Source: a virus (taxonomy: Duplodnaviria > Caudoviricetes). From it: a stretch of 59,804 nucleotides of DNA. Under the pieces are notes generated by a model that had not been told where the DNA came from, searched no databases, and saw only the letters and a program-made list of their open reading frames with translations. The DNA is taken from IMG/VR virus record IMGVR_UViG_3300046707_000232, positions 1-59,804 of that record, one strand, 5' to 3'. Each line of letters opens with the position of its first letter. Position 1 is the stretch's first letter. This document shows positions 9,353 through 18,437 of this stretch, one piece after another. Made by a program: the position numbers and the translations under genes.

Positions 9353-10930
9353 CTACTCGATGCCGAGTTCGCGGTCGAGCGATTCGTCGAGCGGGGCCCG
9401 TGCGGGCCGCTCCGGAGCGGACGCCGACTCACGCACTCGCGTGTCGCCTTCGTCCTCGTTCTCGGTCTTGGTCGCGTTACCGGAAATTCCGGCTTCGACG
9501 ACGGGTGCGCTGGCCTCGCGCATCTCTGCGCGTTTGCTGTCGATCGCGCGGGCGACCGCGTCGCGGAGGACGTCGAGCGCCTCCATGACGATGGTGTCGC
9601 CTTCTCGGCGCGGCTCGGCGCGGAAGTCGTGGAACTGCTCGATCAGCGCTTCGCGGGTCGCCTGCGGGAGAGCTTCGGCGCCGTGGATCTGCTCGCGTGC
9701 CGCGTACCGCTGGTGCAACTGCTCCACGGTCTGCGCGTGGTCGGCGTCGATACGGTCGAGCGCTTCCTGGAATGCGGCTTCGGCCTCGGCGAGGTCCTCT
9801 TCGCGTTGGACGGCGACGCGCCGGCTGATCTCCGCTTCCATCTGCGCGGCCAGGCGACGCGCTGCCTGCGAGCCCTTGCCGCCCGGGAGCCGCTCGTGCG
9901 GGTTCGTGTCGCGGTCCTCGCTGCTGTCGCCGAGGTCGCCGGCGAGCGTGTCGTCCTCGAACTGGGAGAGGCCGAACATCGCATCGACGGGAGTGACATC
10001 GCGACCTTCCCGGCCGCCTTCGCGTTCGGTCCCCTCGACGGGCTCCCACACGCCCTCCTCGACGGCGGCGTCTGACGGCGCCTCAGCCGCTGCAGCTGCG
10101 GCATCCGGCGCGGTGGCGGCCGCGTCGGCGGCCTCGGCGAGCTCATGCCCGCATTCGCCGCACTTCGCGCCGCTCATCTTCCCGGACTTGCACTCGGGGC
10201 AGCTCGCCTTGGCAGCCTCTTGCGCGTCGGCGCCATCAGCCTGGCCCGCAGCGGCCGCTGCGTCGGTTGCCTCGTCGGTGGCCTGCGTGGCCTCCTCCGC
10301 CTCCTGCGCCGCGCCGTCGGCTGCGGCGGCCTCGGTGAACGCCTGCCAGGCCTCGGCCATCGCGTTGAGCTTCATGTTCCCGCCGCCGGCGCCGGCGCGG
10401 CTGACGACGTCGACGGACTTCACGACGTGGAAGGTGAGGACGGGCTTGCCGCGACGCCCTTCGCCCTCGATCATCTGCTCGGGCCCGGAATGCCCGCGCG
10501 CGTCGATCGAGACCTGCAGGATCTTGGGATCCGCCTCGATGTACGCCCACGCCAGCGGGTTGGAGATCAGCGCGGTGCCACGCACAACGGTCTTGCCATC
10601 ACCCTCGCGAGTCGCGACACGCGCGGTCCCCGGCAGGATGCGGCCGACGATCTGCTGCCATGGGCGCGGCTGCCCGTCGAGATCCTCCTCCTGCTGACGA
10701 GTGAGGTGGTTGCCGAACATCAGCACGCCGTCGGCGCCCTCACTGAACTTGCCGACGTTCGACTCGAGGAGATCCTTCGAGTAGAAGTGGTTGTCGCGCT
10801 GGTTGCCGAAGCCCTCGGCGATCAGGTCGACATCGACCGTCTGGCGAGCATCGTTGCGGCTGCCCTCGACGATGGCGGCCGACTCGTAGAGACGCTCGTC
10901 TGTTGGGGGTGCTGCCGCGATTACGCTCAT
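9353..10930 (-). CDS. Prohead maturation protease fused to scaffold
   Basis: N-terminal domain with G.NQRDNHFYS, MFGNH, VSIDARG, SVDVVSRAGAGG; acidic Ala/Glu-rich coiled-coil C-terminus. Confidence 0.85.
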   Translation of the reverse strand: MSVIAAAPPTDERLYESAAIVEGSRNDARQTVDVDLIAEGFGNQRDNHFYSKDLLESNVGKFSEGADGVLMFGNHLTRQQEEDLDGQPRPWQQIVGRILPGTARVATREGDGKTVVRGTALISNPLAWAYIEADPKILQVSIDARGHSGPEQMIEGEGRRGKPVLTFHVVKSVDVVSRAGAGGGNMKLNAMAEAWQAFTEAAAADGAAQEAEEATQATDEATDAAAAAGQADGADAQEAAKASCPECKSGKMSGAKCGECGHELAEAADAAATAPDAAAAAAEAPSDAAVEEGVWEPVEGTEREGGREGRDVTPVDAMFGLSQFEDDTLAGDLGDSSEDRDTNPHERLPGGKGSQAARRLAAQMEAEISRRVAVQREEDLAEAEAAFQEALDRIDADHAQTVEQLHQRYAAREQIHGAEALPQATREALIEQFHDFRAEPRREGDTIVMEALDVLRDAVARAIDSKRAEMREASAPVVEAGISGNATKTENEDEGDTRVRESASAPERPARAPLDESLDRELGIE

Positions 10931-10931
10931 C

Positions 10932-10953
10932 GAGCCTGACGGTAAGCGCGGCC
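10932..10953 (-). promoter_or_regulatory. 22-bp repeat copy 2 (putative late promoter of the protease-capsid operon)
   Basis: Exact match to 5895-5916. Confidence 0.75.
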
Positions 10954-11000
10954 CGCGAGATTCCGCAACAACCCCGCAGGGTTATAGGAGCGTGGCAGCG

Positions 11001-13895
11001 CTAGCGGGTACCAGCGGACTTACGGCGATAACGCATGTGCCGGAGCGTTTGGGCCCCTACGACGCCATCGACGCGCAGCCCGTGTTTCTGCTGGAAGGCG
11101 CGCACGGCGCCCTCAGTACGGTTGCCGAACTTGCCGTCTCGCGCGCCGACGCTGTACCCGAGCTTGCTGAGGTACGTCTGCACGCGGCGGACGCGCTGCG
11201 AGCCGCCGCGGCGCGCGTACCCCGTGCCGCGCTGAACGCCGCCGGCGGAGAACCCCTTGACGTGCCTGACGTAGCCGGGTGTGCCAGCGTTATACGGGCG
11301 TGGAGCGTGAGGGCGCTGGATCGCGCGGCCGTGCCACCCGACGCGCTGGGCGCTGAGGGCCTCGTCGACGATCGCGAGCGCCTCACCGAGGATCGCATCG
11401 GCGGAGCCCTCGAGGACACGGTGTTGACGGCGCTCGCTCTGCGATCGGCCCGCACGGATGTTCCTCGCGAGCGAGTCGGCGTGGGCCGGGCTGATCCCGA
11501 AAGCGGCATCGGCGGCATCGACGGCGGTGTCGGCGTATACGCGCTGCGCAGGGACCATCTTGTTGGGGGACTGTCGGGTGACGCGGTACTTCCGCGACCC
11601 TGTGTCGGCGACCTTCTCGATGTCGTAGCTCAAACCGCGCTTGACGCGGACCGGCTTGTCGCCGACCTTCAAGCTCATCGCCTTGCCGACGACGTCTCGC
11701 CACCGGCCTTGCCCGTCGCGCGGCTGCCGCGGGTCGAATCCCGCCTCGGTGACATGGACCCGCCGGCGGCCGCCCGGGCCCGGGGTGACCTCGACGAGCA
11801 GGGGCGGTTGGTCGCTCTCGCGAGCGGGGCGCTTCTTGAGCCGCGCGAACTTCTCGCGGTCAGAGCCCTTGAGCGCACCGACCTGAGCTGTCTTGCCTTC
11901 GCCGCCCGCCAGCTGGACCGCGGTCTGGTGGCCGACCACGCCATCGACCTGGAGACCGTGGCGCTTCTGGAAGGCCTTGACCTTCGCCGTGGTGTCGTCG
12001 CCGAACTTCCCGTCCCTCTTGGCGCCGACCCTGTCCTGCACGGTCTTGACGTCACCACCCGAGGACCCTGCCTTGATGAACTGCCCGCCGGTCGCGTTGC
12101 CGTCGTGTGCACGGGGATGCTTGGACTCGAAGTCGCTCGAGCTGTCGGTGCCCGTTCCATGCTCGGGCTTCTCGCGCTCATTCTTCGCGGCCTCCCGAAC
12201 GGCGGCCCCTGGGTGCTCGACCGCGACGTCCAGCGGTTCCACGGCGCCCTCGCCGAAACGGATCACGATCGCGGGCTCGCCGTCCTTCTCGAGCCGGACG
12301 GTCTCCCCGCCCTTGAGGTTGAGCACGTCACCGTCCCGGTCGGGCGCCCCGGCGAGCGAGTAGCCGTGCTCGCGCTGAAGAGCGGCCAACGGCGCCTGCC
12401 ACTCGCCGGTATCAGCGCCCCGCAGCCGTTCCACGTGCTCGGCGACAGGCTCACGAGACGCCTCGGTGACGCCCCAGCTCAGGTTCCGCAGATCGAACTG
12501 GCGCACATCCTTTGAGCCCGTGCCGTCCTCCCAGAGCACGTCATAGATCCAGGCGCCGTCGTCGTCGACCGATTCGCCGATCACCTTCCCTCGACGCCCG
12601 AGCGAGAGATCATCGGCGGCTTCGGCGACCAGGTCCCCGAGCCGGAACGGTGCGGGCGCGTCCTCTCGAACCGAGACGCTCGCTTCCAGCATCTTGATAC
12701 TGCGCGCCAGCTCCGCCCGCGAGGACCGCTCGAGCGCATCATGGCGACGCCTCGTCCAGAGGCCATGCGCCTCCAGGAGCTGGTCGGCCCGATCGATCAA
12801 GACCTCAGACGGCAGCGTCGTCAGCGACGCCTCATCGATGTCCGTGTCATCGCCCGCAGCGTGCGCGGTCTCGAGCAGCACACCGCCGGACGCAGGCACA
12901 GGCGGAGCCTCCTCGACGCGCTCCTCGGGAAGCGCCGGCAGCGTGCCGCGGGGCTGATCGACCTCTCGCGCGATGCTCTCACGGGCAGCCGCAACGCGTT
13001 GCTCAAGACGCGACGCGGGCCGGCCACCGCCGAGCACGAATCGCGCGCACTCCTGCAGCGACGCCGGGTCCTCGTCCGCGTCGGCCGGCGCTCCGTGAAG
13101 TGCCAGCCACGCTTCCAGGAGCGGTTCGAGGCTGCCGATCGCAAGTTGCGGCGCGGCAAGGTAGCGGCGGAGATCGGACTCGATCGACGCGATCGCCGAC
13201 GACGAGCGCTGGACCTCGGCCTCCCACAGGGCCTCGAAGACATCCCGGTCGTCCGCCCCGGCGCCGAGCTCGGTGAGGACCTGCTCGGGAGAGATCCCGG
13301 TGAGGGATTGGACGTCCTCGACCAGCGCGTCGAGGCCGGGAGCGTCGATAGCGACCGGCATCGAGTGGGTGAATCGCGCGTACGCGGTGCTGCGCGCCTT
13401 GGTCTGGATGGCCTTGTCCTCGGCCTTCTGCGCGGGGTCGGAGCCCTTCCCGCGCCACTTCGTCGTTCCTGCCCACTGGTCCTTGATCCAGGCGCATAGC
13501 GCGTCGACGTTGCGGCCCTTCGCAAGTTCGGGGTGTTCGGTCTTGATCCGGCTGACGCAGACGCTGTGCTTGCCGTCAGCCCACTTCCCGAAGGCGCGGA
13601 TGATGTACCGCATCTGCCCGTGAGCGCGGGGGTCGTGACCGCCCATCGACCCGCCGGCGGAGGACTCCGCGAGGGCGTCGTTGCGGCTGAGGTACTGCTT
13701 CTCGCCGCGCCGGTTCTCGACGACGAGCATGTCGAGCGATGGGGCGAGTTCGACGGTCACGATCTTCTGCGGCCACCATCCCACGGTGAACGTGCCGAGC
13801 GGGCTCTCGATCCTTGACCCGACGGCACGGCCGTTTTCGTGGTGCGTGGAGACGCGCGCGTCCCGGAACACCTTGCGATGGGTGCGGCGACTCAC
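11001..13895 (-). CDS. Modular head-associated protein with two peptidoglycan-binding (PG_binding_1) domains
   Basis: Two DGKFG..T...V.AFQ..HGL.VDGVVG.QT motifs; FESKHPR..GGQF and FDPRQPRDGQGRW motifs. Confidence 0.8.
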   Translation of the reverse strand: MSRRTHRKVFRDARVSTHHENGRAVGSRIESPLGTFTVGWWPQKIVTVELAPSLDMLVVENRRGEKQYLSRNDALAESSAGGSMGGHDPRAHGQMRYIIRAFGKWADGKHSVCVSRIKTEHPELAKGRNVDALCAWIKDQWAGTTKWRGKGSDPAQKAEDKAIQTKARSTAYARFTHSMPVAIDAPGLDALVEDVQSLTGISPEQVLTELGAGADDRDVFEALWEAEVQRSSSAIASIESDLRRYLAAPQLAIGSLEPLLEAWLALHGAPADADEDPASLQECARFVLGGGRPASRLEQRVAAARESIAREVDQPRGTLPALPEERVEEAPPVPASGGVLLETAHAAGDDTDIDEASLTTLPSEVLIDRADQLLEAHGLWTRRRHDALERSSRAELARSIKMLEASVSVREDAPAPFRLGDLVAEAADDLSLGRRGKVIGESVDDDGAWIYDVLWEDGTGSKDVRQFDLRNLSWGVTEASREPVAEHVERLRGADTGEWQAPLAALQREHGYSLAGAPDRDGDVLNLKGGETVRLEKDGEPAIVIRFGEGAVEPLDVAVEHPGAAVREAAKNEREKPEHGTGTDSSSDFESKHPRAHDGNATGGQFIKAGSSGGDVKTVQDRVGAKRDGKFGDDTTAKVKAFQKRHGLQVDGVVGHQTAVQLAGGEGKTAQVGALKGSDREKFARLKKRPARESDQPPLLVEVTPGPGGRRRVHVTEAGFDPRQPRDGQGRWRDVVGKAMSLKVGDKPVRVKRGLSYDIEKVADTGSRKYRVTRQSPNKMVPAQRVYADTAVDAADAAFGISPAHADSLARNIRAGRSQSERRQHRVLEGSADAILGEALAIVDEALSAQRVGWHGRAIQRPHAPRPYNAGTPGYVRHVKGFSAGGVQRGTGYARRGGSQRVRRVQTYLSKLGYSVGARDGKFGNRTEGAVRAFQQKHGLRVDGVVGAQTLRHMRYRRKSAGTR

Positions 13896-13971
13896 GCGCG
13901 GGTGTGGTTGAGGCAGCGCGTCGGGTGCATCGCTCTGCCAGTGTGTCCGCGCACTCCAGGTTCCCGCAACA

Positions 13972-14283
13972 TCAGGCCGCTGCGCGGCGGCGCCTGTCCC
14001 AAATCATGCGATGGACCTGGGCGCCGCTCGGCTGCTGCTGTTGGCGTTGCGCGAGCGCGTCCTCATCCGGGGCGTGGCCGTCTCTCTCTACGAACAGCGT
14101 CCAGCGCTGGCAGGTCGTTGGACGTGCCTCGTCGCTGTGACGATGGCAGTGGCCTGTCTTGCCTTCCCGAGCTTCGTGGATGGTGTAGACGGTGAAGCCG
14201 CCGCGGACGAGTGCCGACGCAAGAAGGTCGCCGGCGCCGATGTCGTCCGTCCCGCCGCAGACGTGGTAGCTGATGCGCCTCAC
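13972..14283 (-). CDS. Hypothetical protein
   Basis: GTG overlapping the upstream TGA. Confidence 0.5.
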   Translation of the reverse strand: MRRISYHVCGGTDDIGAGDLLASALVRGGFTVYTIHEAREGKTGHCHRHSDEARPTTCQRWTLFVERDGHAPDEDALAQRQQQQPSGAQVHRMIWDRRRRAAA

Positions 14284-15992
14284 GCCCGTCGCCGGCGCCG
14301 AGCGAGGGTGATCTGATCGCCGTCGTGCGACTCGTTCCACTTCGCGACGATCTGTGACACGCGCGCCTGGGTGACTCCGTTCGCGGCGCCGACGTCGCTG
14401 AGTGTCTGCTCACTGCGCCCATCGGCGATCGCGCGCGCCGCTTCGAGGATGGACCGGTCGCGCTCGGAAACGTCAATTGCGCGTGGGTCGAGATCTCCGA
14501 GGTAGGAGGTCTTGGTGCCGGCTTCGGTGAACGTGTCGGCGGGCTTGGCGAGACCGTCGGCGAGCCCACTGATGAGCGCCGCCGGGAGTCGCAGCTGGGC
14601 GGCTGTCGTGGCGACGGCGCCGTCTTCGCAAACCACCACGGAGATCTGGTGTGCGGCTGGCCGGGCCCGGCGAAGGAGTCGAAGGTCGCGGCGAGCGCGG
14701 ACCTCGTCACCCCACGAACGTGCGCCTTCCACATGCGCGACGGTGCCGCGCCGGTAGGAGACCGTGATCGCGCGAGTGGCATCGCCGTCGGCCGTGAGCC
14801 AGCCGAGCCCTGGTAGATCGCGGCCGCATTCGGTCAGCTTGTCGCCGGGATCGATCAGGCGAGCGGCGGCGAGAAGCTCGGTGAGCGCGGCTCGTGTCGA
14901 GCTGCTCGATGTCCGGGGCGCGCCGACGCGTGCGGGCTGCGCTGACACGCTGAGGTGTTCTCGGATGCTGCCGACGCCCGGGACGTTCACATGCCGGGCG
15001 TGCTCCCCGGGTCCGGGGACCGCATCGAGTAGCTGTTCGGCGATCGCCGTCTCGCCGAATCCGAGCTGGCGGAGGTCGGCGACGCGCGGGCTACGAAGCT
15101 GCGTGTGCCCGATGGTCGCGCACTCGTGGGCGTGCGCGAGAACGGCGCTCCACATCGTGGGAGTCATCACACCCCGCTCAAACGGGATGCCGCGGCGGCG
15201 CGCCTCCGCGGGCGCGAGCAGCTCACATTTGCAGCCGCCGTGACGGTTCGCTGGATTGACCTGATGCAGGACGTCCCAGCCCCAGAGCAGCCCGCGATCT
15301 TCGCGGCCGCCGGCCATGATCTCACAATCTTTTGTGTGCTTCGCGGCCTTGCCGAGCACCCAGACAGCGCCTTCCGGGCTCTCGGCCTCGATGCGCCGCG
15401 CTGCCGCCTCGAGCTCCATGCGGCGCTTCGCGGCGTCGATGTGATCCTGCAAGTAGCGTCGCTCACGCGCCAGCAGCCGCTTCATTCGTTCGCGTGTGCT
15501 CGCGCGGTCATCGGCAAGCAGGCCGCGGGCCTGGCGCTCGCTCACATCGAGCTGCCGCGCGATCTCGGCGACGTCGGCGCCGCCAGCCGCGAGTTCGCGG
15601 GCGCGGGCGGCGAGCGTGTCGTCGGCAAAGATCGCGTCGACGTCGCGACGCAGTCGGGTCCGGGTGTTCGCGCTGAACGCCGCGTCAAATTCGAGCTCGC
15701 GCGCGGCGACGGCATCGAGGTCGGTGCCGCGCAGCTCCGGGTAGAGCGCGGCGAGAGCGCCAGCCTTGAACTTCCGCTGCGCGCGCATGATAAGCGCGAG
15801 CAGAGCCGCATAAGCGGCTGTGGCTGCGGCGGTGTGCAGGACACCGCTGAACAGCCCAGTTGTCGTCTGCGCGGCGGCAGTTCCGGCTGCGATCGGGGCC
15901 GCGGCTGTCGACGTCGCCACGGCAAGGCCGCCGGCCGTCGCCTGTGGAGCGGATGGTTGGCGGCTCAGGTCCTTATCGCGCGGTGGCGGCAT
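14280..15992 (-). CDS. MuF-like minor head protein with C-terminal sigma-70 region-4-like HTH
   Basis: VW..G...HTKDC...HGGCKC MuF-type Cys/His signature; C-terminal TLSDVGAANGVTQARVSQI HTH. Confidence 0.65.
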   Translation of the reverse strand: MPPPRDKDLSRQPSAPQATAGGLAVATSTAAAPIAAGTAAAQTTTGLFSGVLHTAAATAAYAALLALIMRAQRKFKAGALAALYPELRGTDLDAVAARELEFDAAFSANTRTRLRRDVDAIFADDTLAARARELAAGGADVAEIARQLDVSERQARGLLADDRASTRERMKRLLARERRYLQDHIDAAKRRMELEAAARRIEAESPEGAVWVLGKAAKHTKDCEIMAGGREDRGLLWGWDVLHQVNPANRHGGCKCELLAPAEARRRGIPFERGVMTPTMWSAVLAHAHECATIGHTQLRSPRVADLRQLGFGETAIAEQLLDAVPGPGEHARHVNVPGVGSIREHLSVSAQPARVGAPRTSSSSTRAALTELLAAARLIDPGDKLTECGRDLPGLGWLTADGDATRAITVSYRRGTVAHVEGARSWGDEVRARRDLRLLRRARPAAHQISVVVCEDGAVATTAAQLRLPAALISGLADGLAKPADTFTEAGTKTSYLGDLDPRAIDVSERDRSILEAARAIADGRSEQTLSDVGAANGVTQARVSQIVAKWNESHDGDQITLARRRRRA

Positions 15993-16032
15993 CCGTGCCC
16001 ATCATCCGGGCGTCAGCGGCTGGTGCGCTACT

Positions 16033-16281
16033 TCAGCGCTTCGCGGGCCGTTTGGCGGGCAGAGGCCCGCAGCCTTTGGTTCGGCCGTGCGCTTCGCCCC
16101 AAGCGATGACCTGGCCTGGGAGCCAGACAGAGCCCTGCGCGAGGGTCTCGAACGGCGACGGGAACGCGCTGTGCCGCGACCACGCCTTCGCCCGCTGCCG
16201 GTTGACCGCGTAGTACTCGCCGATCTCCGTCAGCCCCCAGAGCCGCATCTCCTCGACGACACGCTCAGGGTCGGGTGGCAC
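16033..16281 (-). CDS. AlpA/excisionase-like HTH DNA-binding protein
   Basis: GTG 16281; GLTEIG..Y.VNRQR...W.....FP.P...LAQGSVW. Confidence 0.7.
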   Translation of the reverse strand: MPPDPERVVEEMRLWGLTEIGEYYAVNRQRAKAWSRHSAFPSPFETLAQGSVWLPGQVIAWGEAHGRTKGCGPLPAKRPAKR

Positions 16282-17218
16282 GGAGGTCCTCGCGCTTGAG
16301 GGCGATCTGCTCGAGCGGGACCCGGAACCGCTCAGCGAGCGCTTCGTTGGTCTCCTGCGCGAGCGCGTCGAACTCATCGTCCGGGATGAGGAGGGTGCGC
16401 GCGTAGAGCGTCGCGCCGCCTTCCGCATACGGGCCGGCCAGCTCGCCCGTGGCGATATCGCGGGCGTAGCTGGCCATCGCGTACACGAACCGTGCACGCG
16501 GGTCTTCGATGCTGACGTCTGCCAGGGGGCCCGTGAGGAACACGCTGCGCCGTGACACGGTGGCGACGATCTCGCCGTTGTAGCTGATGATGGCCATGGG
16601 AGGTGTAGGCGATTCGTCGCCGACCTTACCCCCCAAGTGCGGTTTGGACCGCTCCCACGCAGCGAGGGTCTCGCGCAGCGCGATGCGCTCGGGGTAGTCG
16701 CGATCGCTGCGGGAGCCGATCAGCGCGTCGAACTCGCGGAAGTAGACCTTCGCCGCCTCGACGACGTCGCCGGCTCTCGTGATGGTGGTGGAGTGCTCGA
16801 CAGCGGAATCCCAACCGTTGCAGTAGCCCCGGCGTTCGGCCTGCGTGACTTCGTCCCCGGCCGCAGCGAACCCGAGAGCTTTCGCCTCAGCGTCGCGCGC
16901 GGCCTGTGTGCGCTCGATGGCGGTCATTTGGATTTCCGCTCCGAGCGAGTCGCGGGCCGTGGTGATCTGGCGCATCACGTCGGCGATGGCGCGCTGCGCG
17001 ACCTTGGCCGATGCTTCGAGCTGGTCGACGCGCCTGCCGAGCCGCTCGCGTTTCTCCATGGCCTCTCGAAGCTCGCTGGCCAGGACGTACTCGACAAGAG
17101 TCATGTCACGTCGGCAGTAGCTACAGATGTAGTCGTCTCCGCCGACGGTCTTGAGCGTTGCGACGGGCATCCCGCCGCCGTCGGTGTTGCCGTGCTCGGG
17201 GCACTCCCAGCGCTCCAC
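16265..17218 (-). CDS. Hypothetical protein with zinc-ribbon, coiled coil and IrrE/ImmA-like C-terminal domain
   Basis: CPEH...CSYC N-terminus; C-terminal ATLYARTLLIP...LAERFRVP; no HExxH. Confidence 0.55.
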   Translation of the reverse strand: MERWECPEHGNTDGGGMPVATLKTVGGDDYICSYCRRDMTLVEYVLASELREAMEKRERLGRRVDQLEASAKVAQRAIADVMRQITTARDSLGAEIQMTAIERTQAARDAEAKALGFAAAGDEVTQAERRGYCNGWDSAVEHSTTITRAGDVVEAAKVYFREFDALIGSRSDRDYPERIALRETLAAWERSKPHLGGKVGDESPTPPMAIISYNGEIVATVSRRSVFLTGPLADVSIEDPRARFVYAMASYARDIATGELAGPYAEGGATLYARTLLIPDDEFDALAQETNEALAERFRVPLEQIALKREDLRATRP

Positions 17219-17219
17219 G

Positions 17220-17495
17220 CTACTGCCCCCACTCAGCGAGCGCGAGGAGCGCCTTGATGGCGTCGGGGTTGCCGCGCTTGTCCGTCATGAACCGCACGGC
17301 CTCGTCGAGCGCCCAGCGGTGCCGCTCCAACGTCTCTGCGTCGACGGCCCCCCGGTGCTGGTATTCGGGCATGACAACCTGCACACTCAGCCCGAACTTG
17401 AGCGCGTAGGCGTCGGCCTGCTCGCGGTCGGTGTAGACCTGACGCGGCTCGCCATCCGGGCCGATGGTCACGAACATGCACCCGAGAACGCTCAT
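17220..17495 (-). CDS. Hypothetical protein
   Basis: ATGA overlap with the upstream gene. Confidence 0.5.
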   Translation of the reverse strand: MSVLGCMFVTIGPDGEPRQVYTDREQADAYALKFGLSVQVVMPEYQHRGAVDAETLERHRWALDEAVRFMTDKRGNPDAIKALLALAEWGQ

Positions 17496-17902
17496 TCGGT
17501 CACCCGGCTCTCCTGCGCGGCGTTGTAGGCGGTGCATCGTTCCTCGTCGGACATGCGCAGCCAGTCGGACGTGAAGATCAGCGGGCACGCCTCGCGCAGC
17601 TTGTACGAGTGCGGGTCCGCCTCGACGTCGATCATCATTCCGTCGGGGAGCGGGCCGACCGAACCGCCGGACTCGGTGAGCGCGTGGCACTGGGCCTGGA
17701 GCGCCTCGTCGTCCGCGGCGGGGGTCATCAGCGAGTACGGCAACGTGATCACGAGGGCCTTGTCGATCGCCTCTTCCAGCGTGGCGGCAGCGCGACGGGA
17801 GACGTCAACGGTCCCACGCGTGGCCGTGACGCCGAACCCTTCGCGCTCGCGGTCGATGATCGGACGCTTGGTGGTGATGATCAGCGGCATCAGAGCCTCC
17901 AC
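17492..17902 (-). CDS. Hypothetical protein
   Basis: ORF track; coupled to neighbours. Confidence 0.5.
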   Translation of the reverse strand: MEALMPLIITTKRPIIDREREGFGVTATRGTVDVSRRAAATLEEAIDKALVITLPYSLMTPAADDEALQAQCHALTESGGSVGPLPDGMMIDVEADPHSYKLREACPLIFTSDWLRMSDEERCTAYNAAQESRVTE

Positions 17903-18051
17903 CCGCCACCATCACGGACCTCGCGCTCGTGACGCTCAATCGCCCGATCAGCCCGCCCCGCGCTCACGCACAACCCGAGCACGAACAGCACCGCGCCGGC
18001 GACCATGACGAGGCTCACCAGGGCGAGCAGGACCGCAGTCGTGTCGTGCAT
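17890..18051 (-). CDS. Small single-pass membrane protein
   Basis: MHDTTAVLLALVSLVMVAGAVLFVLGLCV. Confidence 0.55.
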   Translation of the reverse strand: MHDTTAVLLALVSLVMVAGAVLFVLGLCVSAGRADRAIERHEREVRDGGGWRL

Positions 18052-18350
18052 CACGCCACCGCCGCGTAGCCGTCGTTGGACTGGATCTTCATCGGTCCTC
18101 CCTCGCGCTCGAGCTTGAGCACCTCGCCGACGGCGAGGATGTGAGTGCAGCCGGTGTTCGCGGCCGGGCACGTGCAACCCGCGAACGGCACCCCGGCCGC
18201 GCGGGCGACAGCGACGTCGACGATCGCGACGAGGTAGGCGCCGTGATCACCACGAACGGCGTAGCGGCCCTCCTGGAGCTTCGCGACCGCGCCGGAGCGC
18301 ACCAGGCGCTCGACCTTGTCGGTGATCCCTGAAGCCATCGCTGCTGCCAT
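18051..18350 (-). CDS. SWIM zinc-finger protein
   Basis: Y.VRG...Y.V...CTCPAANTGCTH (CxC..CxH). Confidence 0.75.
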   Translation of the reverse strand: MAAAMASGITDKVERLVRSGAVAKLQEGRYAVRGDHGAYLVAIVDVAVARAAGVPFAGCTCPAANTGCTHILAVGEVLKLEREGGPMKIQSNDGYAAVA

Positions 18351-18437
18351 GGGCCACACAGTAGCCCCCATATTCCTATAAGTCAATAGTCCTATAGGCC
18401 TTGACCCTGCGAACCCTATGGGGGTACTATGTATCCC
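18351..18437. promoter_or_regulatory. AT-rich divergent promoter region with CCTATA boxes
   Basis: Locally AT-rich; CCTATAGG palindrome at 18391-18398; TTGACC and TACTAT before the plus-strand sigma gene. Confidence 0.65.

Noticed and set aside
5895-10953. 22-bp repeats as att sites or CRISPR repeats
   Set aside because: Only two copies 5 kb apart, each fixed relative to an ATG and flanking essential head genes; no spacer array or cas genes
11001-13895. Endolysin
   Set aside because: PG-binding domains are present but no amidase, glycosidase or peptidase motif was seen, and it lies in the head operon
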